In this document: in pieces, positions 29,602-38,289 of the stretch
How the letters are laid out: each line of letters begins with the position of its first letter
How positions within the stretch are numbered: position 1 is the stretch's first letter
Assembly (NCBI GenBank): GCA_963796325.1
Contig: CAWCLF010000003.1
Span: 470,788 to 534,787, forward strand
Direction: 5' to 3'
DNA from: an uncultured Spirochaetota bacterium
GTDB taxonomy: Bacteria > Spirochaetota > Brevinematia > Brevinematales > JAOACQ01
Length of the DNA: 64,000 nucleotides
Translations under genes and position numbers: made by a program
The notes under the pieces: generated by a model
What the model was told of the DNA's origin: nothing
Databases searched by the model: none
Seen by the model: the letters and a program-made list of their open reading frames with translations, nothing else

Positions 29602-32050
29602 GCAACTTCATGAACATCGTTATCTCGTTTCCCGAACTGTTGTACCTTACCTTATCCATCACTTTCTTCACTATATAAACGCCGCGGCCGGAAGGCTTGA
29701 GAACATTCGCATCGTCTATCGGGCTGGGGAGGTTCTTATAATCGAATCCTATCCCTTCGTCCCTGACTTTCATGATGATCCAGTTTTTAAATATCCTGTA
29801 TATCACTGTAACCCTCTTCTGGGCTCCGTACCTGTTCCCATGCTCCACGGCGTTGATCATGGCTTCGTACAGGGCGGTATACGACTTCCATTGTTCCTCT
29901 TCGTCCAGGGGGGCGACCTTATTGATGCTGTTAGTGATTTTCAGGATGGCGTTATCGATCTCAAGAACATTGCTCGGTATCGACAGGAACTTTTTATACA
30001 TCAGTTCCTTGTTGATTATGATGAGCAGCATGCTGACGTCATCGTCCGCGAACTGCGTCGAAGTCTTCAGCATTTTCATATACATATCGTTAAGTATATA
30101 TCTGGTCCGCAGATGAATACTTCCCAGGAAGATCTCGATCAGGTCGTCCGTCCTCATCATCCTGTTTTCCTTCCTGAAAGTCAGTATGCCGTCGGTGAAA
30201 ACGAGTATCTTGCAGTTTGTAGGAAGGGCAACCCTCCTGCGGGCTTCATGGAAAGGTACATTTTTCCTCACCCCTAAAGGATAGGTCATTCCTTCGAGGG
30301 TGGATATTTCGCCCGTCTTGCCGGCGAAAAGTATAGGGCAGGGGTGCCCGCAATTTATATAATCGAAAGTGTATTTTTGAAGATCGATAATGCCGTATAA
30401 AAGGGTAATATACTGGTCTTCAGGCAGTATCTTTAAAAGGACCAGGTTCAGGTAATTGACTATATCGTCAAGTTCCTGACCCTCTTTCTGCGAATATTCG
30501 ACGAGCATTTTAAGCATGGACGTCATCAGGGAAGCCGATACTCCATGTCCCGAAACATCGGCCATGATGACCCCGATGTGATAATCGTCGACCTGGATTA
30601 TATCGCAGAAATCTCCTCCGAGCTGGGAAGAGGGTTTGAAAAAGGTCTCGAAACGTATAAGGGAGGAATAGACGGGGGGGATTGACAGTACATGGTTCCA
30701 TATTTTTCTTGCGGTAGAGAGCTCCTCCTCGATCATCTTGGTCTTTTCGGCAAGCTGTGCGTAGAGCTTGTTTTCGAGGCTTATATCCTGGAATGTCGCT
30801 TCGATCAGTTCCACGTCTCCAAGGAGTATTTTCTGCAGGTGCGCCGAAAATATCCTGTCGTTGCCCTGGTCGTTCCTGAGGTTGAGTTTAAGAAGGAGGA
30901 AGTCCTGCTCCTGGACCTTGTTCGCGATCTCCTTGAAATTGTTGTCCGGAATATCGAAATAGTTCTGAATCGGGTTGCCCTGCAGCTTATCGGCTTCCGT
31001 GAAGCCCAGCGAAGAAATAAAATTGTCGTTGACGAAATATATGATTCCTTCCTGGTTTATTATTGCAAGGCCTATCGGCAGTTCCTTGAGGAATTTCTTG
31101 TACCTTTCCTCGGAAGCCTCAAGTTTTTTCAGCAGAAGATACTGGAGAGATTCGTCAAGCAGGGTGAAAATCCCGCCCTTTATGACGCCGGTATGGCTGT
31201 GCAGGGGCATTCCGTAAATTTTAAGATTTTTATTTCCGTAAAAGGCGTCCTTTTCCAGCGTATGGCCGTCGATGACCTTTGTAAAAGTCGTATTGTCGAT
31301 AATTCTTGTGATCCTGTCGATGTTGGGTGAGAAATTTGAAAAGCTTGCATTGCTCTGTATTATATTGCCCGACCTGTCGGAAACGCACAGGGGGACAGGA
31401 TTTTTAAAGAAAAGCCTGTTCATGAATTCCTCTTTTTCATTGTAAAGCGAGAGAAATTCCTTCAGGTAAAGGAGTATATTGATGAAACGGCCGATGAGTT
31501 CGCAATGCCGGACAAGGCGAAGATCTTCGCCTTTCGTGAAAAAAATCAAAAAATAATTGACTGTTTGTATTGCCGGATTATATTGATGCACTAAAGCGTC
31601 ACGGAAATTCCTTTTTATCGCTGCGGGATCCAGAAGGCGGAAAAGGGATGAATTGTCCGAATATCCGGGGGCGGCGAATCCCGCCCGGTTCATCTTCTGG
31701 ACGGAATAGTCCTTCCTGATGGAATTGATAAGGAAGTCCGTGACAGCGGCATCGGTTATTATTTCATTATTCATTATGTTCGTAAGGAATGAACCGTCCG
31801 ACCTTATAATCACGCCCTTCAGGAATCCCGAGCCTGCCATTGCGCCCAGGATCGAATGAATCGATTTATCGGCTTGCTGCGAGGAGACTTCACGTTTGAA
31901 AAGGGAAAGGACCGAGTCTTCAATTTTTTTTGTCAGCTTGTCCCATTTTTCGGCTTTACGGGTTACATTCCTGCAAAATATAAAGCCCGCAGCGAAACCG
32001 GTTAAAAGGAAGAAAATTAAGATAGAGAGGTTAACAAGTAATTTTTCCAT
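29567..32050 (-). CDS. Membrane-anchored sensor with PAS-like region, PP2C/SpoIIE-type phosphatase domain and C-terminal HATPase_c (RsbW/anti-sigma-kinase-like) domain
   Basis: N-terminal TM. PAS-like segment (LPIGLAIINQEGIIYFVNDNF). PP2C motifs GGDFCD, ADVSGHGVSASL and FTDGI. C-terminal NAVEHGN, DEGIGFD and GRGVYIV. Confidence 0.8.
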   Translation of the reverse strand: MEKLLVNLSILIFFLLTGFAAGFIFCRNVTRKAEKWDKLTKKIEDSVLSLFKREVSSQQADKSIHSILGAMAGSGFLKGVIIRSDGSFLTNIMNNEIITDAAVTDFLINSIRKDYSVQKMNRAGFAAPGYSDNSSLFRLLDPAAIKRNFRDALVHQYNPAIQTVNYFLIFFTKGEDLRLVRHCELIGRFINILLYLKEFLSLYNEKEEFMNRLFFKNPVPLCVSDRSGNIIQSNASFSNFSPNIDRITRIIDNTTFTKVIDGHTLEKDAFYGNKNLKIYGMPLHSHTGVIKGGIFTLLDESLQYLLLKKLEASEERYKKFLKELPIGLAIINQEGIIYFVNDNFISSLGFTEADKLQGNPIQNYFDIPDNNFKEIANKVQEQDFLLLKLNLRNDQGNDRIFSAHLQKILLGDVELIEATFQDISLENKLYAQLAEKTKMIEEELSTARKIWNHVLSIPPVYSSLIRFETFFKPSSQLGGDFCDIIQVDDYHIGVIMADVSGHGVSASLMTSMLKMLVEYSQKEGQELDDIVNYLNLVLLKILPEDQYITLLYGIIDLQKYTFDYINCGHPCPILFAGKTGEISTLEGMTYPLGVRKNVPFHEARRRVALPTNCKILVFTDGILTFRKENRMMRTDDLIEIFLGSIHLRTRYILNDMYMKMLKTSTQFADDDVSMLLIIINKELMYKKFLSIPSNVLEIDNAILKITNSINKVAPLDEEEQWKSYTALYEAMINAVEHGNRYGAQKRVTVIYRIFKNWIIMKVRDEGIGFDYKNLPSPIDDANVLKPSGRGVYIVKKVMDKVRYNSSGNEITMFMKLHGGGAGAGNAG

Positions 32051-32123
32051 TATATTTATAACATTACAGACCCGTCATTTTTTTAATTTTAGAGCATCGC
32101 CGTTGAATAAGCAAATTTTACTT

Positions 32124-32216
32124 CGGTCGTCAGCCGACTGTCACAGTCGATAATGTGCAGTCATGTTATCCCTGAGGACTTTCGACTGATGACTGTTGAC
32201 TGACGACTGATGACTA
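32124..32216. repeat. Inverted 7-bp-unit repeat arrays (degenerate AGTCNNN arm / NNNGACT x6 arm)
   Basis: Right arm 32174-32215 reads gaggact ttcgact gatgact gttgact gacgact gatgact. The left arm 32124-32165 carries AGTC/GGTC units in the opposite orientation. Spacer ttatccct. Confidence 0.75.
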
Positions 32217-33029
32217 TATGTATCCGACGCCTTTAAAAAATGTATAAACGAAAACTCCGTCTTTGCCGGCCGTCCTGTACAGGTCCCTTATTCCCTTGTT
32301 GAAATCATTTTCATCGATTATGGAACTTTTAAGCGCCTCTTCCCTGATACCCTCGATCATGGCGGTAAACGTGTTTATTGTGAAGCCTTCGACCATCTCA
32401 GGCCTGCCGGGATCTGCATAAACGGTCCTCGTGCCGACCCTGCAGTTTTTGTAGCCCGCCGATTCGAGAAGTGGATAAATCTGCCTGCCGACAAGGGCGT
32501 TGCCGCCTTTCCGGGCCTGCAGGATCACCTGGGCCTCGATCGCTTTCCTTGCATAGGTGCTGTCCGGGTAAAAGAAGGCCGAGCCATGGTCTCCCTCGAT
32601 CACGGTGACGGTCCCGCCCTTTTTAAGGACCCTTTTTACGGACAGGAGGGCTGCGACAGGATCGGGCAGGTGTTCAAGAACAAAGCATATCAGGATATGG
32701 TCGAATGCGGAATCTTCGAAATCAAGTCTGTTGATGTCCCCTTCAAGGAGAGAGACGTTCTTTATTCCCTCTTTTTTAAGCATTGCCGCTGCTTTTGACA
32801 GGGATTCCACGGATATATCCATTGAAACGAATTTTGAATCGGGGTTTTTTGGAGCTACTATTTTTGTCTGTGCGCCTGTTCCGCAGCCCGCTTCAAGTAT
32901 CAGCGAACCTTTTGGAAAGACGGTGTCGGAATGCAGGAGGTCGGACAGGCACTCAGCCTGGTCTCTAAGCCTCGAAGCTTCCCTTTCGGTGTAGCCATGC
33001 ACATAATTATCGTTCATATTTTTTACCAT
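32214..33029 (-). CDS. Class I SAM-dependent methyltransferase
   Basis: Motif I LEAGCGTGAQ and post-I acidic residue (SMDIS). Substrate unknown. Confidence 0.8.
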   Translation of the reverse strand: MVKNMNDNYVHGYTEREASRLRDQAECLSDLLHSDTVFPKGSLILEAGCGTGAQTKIVAPKNPDSKFVSMDISVESLSKAAAMLKKEGIKNVSLLEGDINRLDFEDSAFDHILICFVLEHLPDPVAALLSVKRVLKKGGTVTVIEGDHGSAFFYPDSTYARKAIEAQVILQARKGGNALVGRQIYPLLESAGYKNCRVGTRTVYADPGRPEMVEGFTINTFTAMIEGIREEALKSSIIDENDFNKGIRDLYRTAGKDGVFVYTFFKGVGYI

Positions 33030-35356
33030 TTCATCCAGACTCCCAGCTCGGGATATATTCCTATAGGGCTCTCTACCGCGGTTTTAGTATTATAATTGTC
33101 GGAGTAGGAATAGTAAAGTACGGGCCTGTAATTATAGACATTGTTTACTTCTAAATAAATCCCTGCCGGCAGTTCGAATAATAATCCCCGGTATTCGATC
33201 TTGAGGTTGAGCTGGTGGATGTCCGGAAGCCTTTCCGCATTGTATGTATTCCAGACAGGCGTATAAAAAGTGTTCCCTCCGATTGTATTGGTCTGTACAT
33301 ATGCAACGGAAGTATACTGGCCGCCCGACTGCCACTGGAATTCGGAGGTCAGCGTCCAGTTCCCGGATATGTCCCAGATCGCAACGAGGTCGACCTTGTA
33401 AAGAAGGGACCCGGGATCGAACCATTCGTTGACCGGAGGCTGGGAGAACTGGCCTGAAACCATGACCGAAGGCTGTCCCATGACCGGGCCGGGATTGAGG
33501 TTCTCCAGCGAATTGGGGTCGAATCCCGTCGTCCGGTAGCCGCGGACATAATAACTTCCGATGGAAAGCCACCCGTAAACCGGGATATTGTCCTTCTTTT
33601 TCATGAGGAGAAAGTCGGCCCCGTATACCCGGTGCTCCTCGCCGGACGTCTGCATCAGGTATGCCACGTTCGATTCCTGCGAAGGGTAATTGACATAGTA
33701 TTTATAATAACCCTCGAGGCTAAGGCCGTACGCCCCTTCTTCGATGCCCGTACCGGCAATGAAGTGCCAGCAGCCGGGAATGGAAAGTTCCTTATTCGTA
33801 TCAAGGACCTCCAGGGAAAATCCGTCGGCAGGGAATTCGGAAAGATATCCGGCACAGATATAAACCTTGTCCCCGGGTGTAAATCTGTAACCCAGTGTCA
33901 GGCGCGGATCGAACGAATATTTTTTAATATAATCCACGTAATTCAGCCTGAGTCCGTCCTCGATGAAAACCCTCCTGTCGAAAAGGCCGGTGTCGTTCTC
34001 GATGAACAGCGAATAAATTCCAAGGGAACCGTTCCATGCGGAGTTGTTGAAAAGCTGCCATTCGGGCGACCCTGTAACCTGGTTCGTTATAAAGCTCAAT
34101 ATATAGTTCGTATAGAAAAGCTGCGGGAAATACTGCACTTCGCCGCCTATATCGAAGGAGAGGTTTTCAAGAGGCGCATAGGTCGCAAAAGTCTTATACC
34201 TCAAGTCATATCCCGATTCCCTCATCACGGTACTATTGTCCTTCTCGTTCATTTCGAAGTCCATGTAACTCCAGGTTACGCCTAGAGTCTGGTCGAGCGC
34301 CCATTCCCCTGAAAACGAGTGCTGCCAGTCGAGATTGAGCATACTGTCGATGTAATCCAGGCTGTCGGCATTTGTGAGGATTGTGCCCGACGGGGAAAAG
34401 TTCGTCCAGGACATAGGCTCTTCCGAAAACAGCCAGTCTAATGAGACCGTATCGCCCCCGTCCTTATAACTGATCCTGCCATGCGAATCAAGGTAATACG
34501 GAGCATGAAAATTTGTGCCCCCGCCCTGCAGGAATAGAGGCATGACCAGGTCATACTGGGTCCTGCGTAAACCGCCGGCATAGTTCCACTTCCGGTCTTC
34601 GGTAGCCCCCGAAACCGTAATGTAGGTGTTTATAAGACCGAGATCGACCTTGCCGTGGAAACCGGGCTCTCCCTCGATCGTATTGACCTGGAGGAGGCTC
34701 GATTCGGCCTGGCCGTAACGCGCGGGAAGGACTCCCTTGTACAGGTCGATGCTGTCGACGATGTCGTCTATGAAGACCGAATCGCCGATAAAGTGGTGAT
34801 AGGGATACTCGACAAGGGCGTTGTCAAGGAGCGCCAGGTTTTCATTGCCCGTACCGCCGCGAACCGAGAGTTTCGTGTTGTTCTGCAGGTTTCCCATCCC
34901 GAGGTCGCTTACTCCGGGCATCAGCGTGATAGTATGTACAGGATCCCCGGTGATGTTTTCCGGGGCCTTTTCACGGACATCCTTTGTAATTACGTTTTTA
35001 GACTCGGTATCTTTCAGCTTTTCCCCCGTGACTTCGATTTCGCCCAGATTCGAGGTACTCTGAGCAATTATGTAAAACACGACGTTTATTCCGGCTTTTA
35101 CCGTAATATCCCTGGATTCCTGGTAATATCCCGGCGCCATTACCGACAGGGTGTATCTGCCCGCAGCGGCATCCAGGACAAAAGACCCGTCGTCGAGAGT
35201 TTGTACGGCTGCAACGGTATTTGTCCCTGATTTAAGGACGATGTCTGCCGATGCGATGCCAGCCCGCGTATCGGCGCGCATCACTTTTCCCCTTATCTGT
35301 AAAGAGAATGCGGCTGCAGGGAGGATAACCAGTAATATGACCCCTATTTTAAACAT
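33023..35356 (-). CDS. TonB-dependent-receptor-like outer membrane protein with N-terminal carboxypeptidase-regulatory-like domain
   Basis: Signal peptide; CarbopepD_reg-like beta-sandwich (IRGKVMRADTRAGIASADIVL...); plug-like region; long beta-rich C-terminus ending in aromatic ...GVWMKW. Confidence 0.7.
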   Translation of the reverse strand: MFKIGVILLVILPAAAFSLQIRGKVMRADTRAGIASADIVLKSGTNTVAAVQTLDDGSFVLDAAAGRYTLSVMAPGYYQESRDITVKAGINVVFYIIAQSTSNLGEIEVTGEKLKDTESKNVITKDVREKAPENITGDPVHTITLMPGVSDLGMGNLQNNTKLSVRGGTGNENLALLDNALVEYPYHHFIGDSVFIDDIVDSIDLYKGVLPARYGQAESSLLQVNTIEGEPGFHGKVDLGLINTYITVSGATEDRKWNYAGGLRRTQYDLVMPLFLQGGGTNFHAPYYLDSHGRISYKDGGDTVSLDWLFSEEPMSWTNFSPSGTILTNADSLDYIDSMLNLDWQHSFSGEWALDQTLGVTWSYMDFEMNEKDNSTVMRESGYDLRYKTFATYAPLENLSFDIGGEVQYFPQLFYTNYILSFITNQVTGSPEWQLFNNSAWNGSLGIYSLFIENDTGLFDRRVFIEDGLRLNYVDYIKKYSFDPRLTLGYRFTPGDKVYICAGYLSEFPADGFSLEVLDTNKELSIPGCWHFIAGTGIEEGAYGLSLEGYYKYYVNYPSQESNVAYLMQTSGEEHRVYGADFLLMKKKDNIPVYGWLSIGSYYVRGYRTTGFDPNSLENLNPGPVMGQPSVMVSGQFSQPPVNEWFDPGSLLYKVDLVAIWDISGNWTLTSEFQWQSGGQYTSVAYVQTNTIGGNTFYTPVWNTYNAERLPDIHQLNLKIEYRGLLFELPAGIYLEVNNVYNYRPVLYYSYSDNYNTKTAVESPIGIYPELGVWMKW

Positions 35357-35591
35357 AAAGTCCTCTTATCCCAATTTTAATATATCGTTTTTCCTGATCC
35401 ATGAATCCTGTCTATGTTATTAACACATGGAACTTCAAAATGTGTCACTTCATCCCGAAAATAAATACTGACATTTAAAGAGCAAACAATGTGCCATTGA
35501 TTATTATTTCTAACTTTGCATGGTTAAATAAGATATGATTGACCATGAATATTTTAAAAAATTTATTGTATCAAAAGTGATATGATAAATT

Positions 35592-36389
35592 TTATCGAAA
35601 TTGATCCGGGACCGCTTCGACTTCAAGCCTCTTCATTTTAACGGCGCACCGGCCGTCCCTGCCGGGCGGGAATCCTATCAGGTAGTCATCAGCTATCATG
35701 GATATGAATTCGGCCTGCAGGTTAACAGGGAGCCTCTGCACGTACGGAGAGAGGGCTAACCTTATCCATCCTGCCAGTCCCTCTTTGCCTTCCAGGATGT
35801 TTTCCTTATCGACAAGTTCTATCCTTAAGGGTTTGAATCCGGTTTCAGCCAGCCATTTTTTATATTCATCGATGCCGTAATATCCGAACGAAAACCTGAA
35901 GCTGCTGAAATAATTCTCCCATTTTTTGTTTCCGGCTATTTTATAAAGGGATGAAAAAAGGTCCTGCATGTTGCCCTTACCGCCCATCTGTATGTAAAGC
36001 CTCCCGGAGCTTTTGAGGCTTTTCCGTATTCTTTCGAGCACCGGTACATGGCCGCTGAGCCAGTGAAGCGCGGATGTAGAATATACCAGGTCGAACTGCC
36101 TCTCAAACTTCATGTCGAGCACATCCAATAGCAGGAATTCGAGATTCGGGAAATCCTTCGCGCTGTAATACGCCTTCGAATATTCTATCATATCGATCGA
36201 ATTGTCTATCCCGGTAACATGGCCCCGGGGCACCGACAATGAAATTTCGGAGGTTATCTTACCGTCTCCGCTGCCGATATCGAGAACGGACTCTCCCCCG
36301 TCAAGTCTCAATTTTTTTGCGAATTCCATCGCCCATAATTTGTGCCTGGAAGGGCTGCCGCCGTATCCTGCAGGGTCCCATTTTACCAT
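35592..36389 (-). CDS. Class I SAM-dependent methyltransferase (trans-aconitate methyltransferase-like)
   Basis: Motif I LDIGSGDGKIT and N-terminal W..YG....H pattern resembling the Tam family. Confidence 0.75.
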   Translation of the reverse strand: MVKWDPAGYGGSPSRHKLWAMEFAKKLRLDGGESVLDIGSGDGKITSEISLSVPRGHVTGIDNSIDMIEYSKAYYSAKDFPNLEFLLLDVLDMKFERQFDLVYSTSALHWLSGHVPVLERIRKSLKSSGRLYIQMGGKGNMQDLFSSLYKIAGNKKWENYFSSFRFSFGYYGIDEYKKWLAETGFKPLRIELVDKENILEGKEGLAGWIRLALSPYVQRLPVNLQAEFISMIADDYLIGFPPGRDGRCAVKMKRLEVEAVPDQFR

Positions 36390-36538
36390 CGGATCTGTCT
36401 CCCTCGATTTGCCGGAACTTCCCGGATTGAATTAAATTATAGATATTATATGGGCGGTTCCAATAAAATTCAATATCGTTAATAATTAGCATTCTAATTA
36501 TTTATAATTCGCCCAATGGTCACTACTTATCCGCCTTG

Positions 36539-36622
36539 CTTGTACCGGCTTGTCCGGTGCTTGTACCGGCTTGTCCGGTGCTTGTACCGGCTTGTCCGGT
36601 GCTTGTACCGGCTTGTCCGGTG
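36539..36622. repeat. Perfect tandem repeat, 4 x 21 bp (gcttgtaccggcttgtccggt)
   Basis: Units at 36539-36559, 36560-36580, 36581-36601 and 36602-36622. Each unit is two ~10/11-bp sub-repeats (cttgtaccgg / cttgtccggtg). Degenerate half-units follow at about 36630 and 36647. Confidence 0.95.
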
Positions 36623-36723
36623 AAAAGGCCTTGTACCCGCAGGGTGCTTGTACCCGTAAGGGTAGGTTATTAGAAGTGACCATATGAAAATGCAAAGACT
36701 GTCAAAAAAAATCGGGAGGCCGT

Positions 36724-36948
36724 ATGAAAAATCAAGGCAGGATTTTATCATGGATAATCTGGGCCGGCATTGTAATAATCGCGCTTGTTTCGTACCATTC
36801 GGTCTGGGAGATCCATTACCTGAAATCGTTCTATCCCCATAGTTTCACGGTGGCCGAAGCTTTTTACGCGGCAATGGTCGAGCTAATAAAAGTGGCGCTC
36901 GCGGCGGGGCCGATCATTCTGATTATCAGGCGTTTATCCCCAGAATGA
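36724..36948 (+). CDS. Small hypothetical membrane protein (2 TM)
   Basis: GGGAGG RBS before the ATG; two hydrophobic helices. No homology recognised. Confidence 0.4.
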   Translation: MKNQGRILSWIIWAGIVIIALVSYHSVWEIHYLKSFYPHSFTVAEAFYAAMVELIKVALAAGPIILIIRRLSPE

Positions 36949-37254
36949 GACCGCAAGTCCGACGAGCCCGCCGCCGGCAAGACCTGTAAGGTTTATAGGG
37001 ATGTAAGCCCTCGTTATGATCGATGAAGGGACGCTGAATAAAAGGCCTGCCAAAAGACCTGTAATTACAGGACTTATCCCGAACTGCAGGTTCGGAATGA
37101 TGAAGCCGATGAGGAACCTGTCGATGAAGGCGCCTGTCATCGCTTCGGTTTTGTTCTTTTTCGAATCGTACTTCAGGGGAAGCATCAGCAGCACGTCTAT
37201 TACCCCGAATGCGAGGCCGCAAAGAAGACCCAGAAGAATGTGATTCATGATCAT
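36934..37254 (-). CDS. Small hypothetical polytopic membrane protein
   Basis: 106 aa, 3-4 hydrophobic segments, last gene of the long minus-strand array. No family recognised. Confidence 0.45.
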   Translation of the reverse strand: MIMNHILLGLLCGLAFGVIDVLLMLPLKYDSKKNKTEAMTGAFIDRFLIGFIIPNLQFGISPVITGLLAGLLFSVPSSIITRAYIPINLTGLAGGGLVGLAVSFWG

Positions 37255-37275
37255 CCTCCTTACAAATTAAAAAAT

Positions 37276-37839
37276 TTATACGCCGTCATATCCCAGGCGC
37301 TTCAAGATGAGATTGGCCATGACCGCCGCGGCCAGGGAAACCTTCGGAGAATAAAATCCTGCAGCACAGTTTCCGGGCCTGAAATCGCCTACGATGGCGA
37401 CGTTTTTACCGAACCAGCGAACCCTTACGCCTTCGATATCGAAGCCTGAGACTCCGCAGGCGCTAACCACGAATGCATCTTTACCGGCGAATGTTTCGAC
37501 AAGCGCGGCTTTAGATTCAGGGTTATCGAAACCCTCGACTATCACGGCGCAGCCTTTAAATACTTCAGGCAGAGCTGCCGCTGTGAGCATGCGCCTTTCC
37601 TTTTCTATCTTCAAACCCGTTCCGATGCGTTTGAGGTTCGCCTCGAGGGCCGATACCTTGTCTTTCCCGACCTGATTCCTGAAAAAGAACTGCCTGTTCA
37701 GGTTCGATTCGTCCACGAAATCGAAATCGACAAGCTTGAAATGTTTTATGCCGCACCTTACCAGGTGTACGGCCACATTGCTGCCTATGCCACCCGTTCC
37801 CGCTATTCCTATTTTATCCGCCGGCACTATCCCTTCCAT
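37276..37839 (-). CDS. Short ThiF-family (E1-like) adenylyltransferase
   Basis: Nucleotide-binding GTGGIGS and DESNLNRQ motifs. At ~187 aa it resembles the short 'ThiF family 2' proteins. No thiS/thiG/thiH nearby. Confidence 0.7.
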   Translation of the reverse strand: MEGIVPADKIGIAGTGGIGSNVAVHLVRCGIKHFKLVDFDFVDESNLNRQFFFRNQVGKDKVSALEANLKRIGTGLKIEKERRMLTAAALPEVFKGCAVIVEGFDNPESKAALVETFAGKDAFVVSACGVSGFDIEGVRVRWFGKNVAIVGDFRPGNCAAGFYSPKVSLAAAVMANLILKRLGYDGV

Positions 37840-37847
37840 ATTTTCCC

Positions 37848-38288
37848 CTAAAGATACATGAAAAAGCCGATCTTGTCCGTGGAGTTAAAGCCGAGCTTTT
37901 CATAAAAAGCATGGGCGGCTTTCCTCCCGGAGCTGGATAAAAGCATTACCTTGTAGCAGCCGCAAGCCCGGGCGAAATCGACCGCGGCATTGACGACTTT
38001 TGCGCCGCATCCCCTGTTCCTGTAGTCATGGCGGGTTACGACGTTTTCAATAACTGAAAACGGGCGGGCGCCTCTGGAAAGGTTGGGTATCACTGCAATA
38101 TTGCAGGTAGATACGATCTGTTCGCCCTGTTCCATGACGAAGTAACGGATGCTGTCTTTTCCCATGATATCGCGCCATACGGATTCAAGCGCTGTGTTAT
38201 CTGCAATATTGTCATCGTCCGGGTTCAATTCGGAATACAGCTTCATTATTCCGCCGAGGTCGTTTATATCCGCGGTCCTGACTTCCAT
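37848..38288 (-). CDS. GNAT family N-acetyltransferase
   Basis: 146 aa; acetyl-CoA-binding R-x-x-G-x-G/A motif (RNRGCGAKVV). Confidence 0.8.
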   Translation of the reverse strand: MEVRTADINDLGGIMKLYSELNPDDDNIADNTALESVWRDIMGKDSIRYFVMEQGEQIVSTCNIAVIPNLSRGARPFSVIENVVTRHDYRNRGCGAKVVNAAVDFARACGCYKVMLLSSSGRKAAHAFYEKLGFNSTDKIGFFMYL

Positions 38289-38289
38289 A

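Noticed and set aside
29420-30277. 285-aa plus-strand ORF, and further plus-strand ORFs at 30692-31330.
   Set aside because: They are antisense to the rsmH and SpoIIE/HATPase genes, which carry clear motifs, and have no features of their own.
36539-36622. Possible CRISPR array.
   Set aside because: The 21-bp units are directly abutting with no spacers, and no cas genes are in the window. It is a tandem repeat, not a CRISPR.
36498-36751. Minus-strand ORFs across the 21-bp tandem array, encoding DKPVQAP x4 (65 aa) or HRTSRYK x4 (74 aa).
   Set aside because: Their repetitive peptides are simply read-through of the DNA repeat in two frames. There is no RBS, signal or flanking protein-like sequence. 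I treat the array as non-coding DNA, although a tiny repeat protein cannot be strictly excluded.
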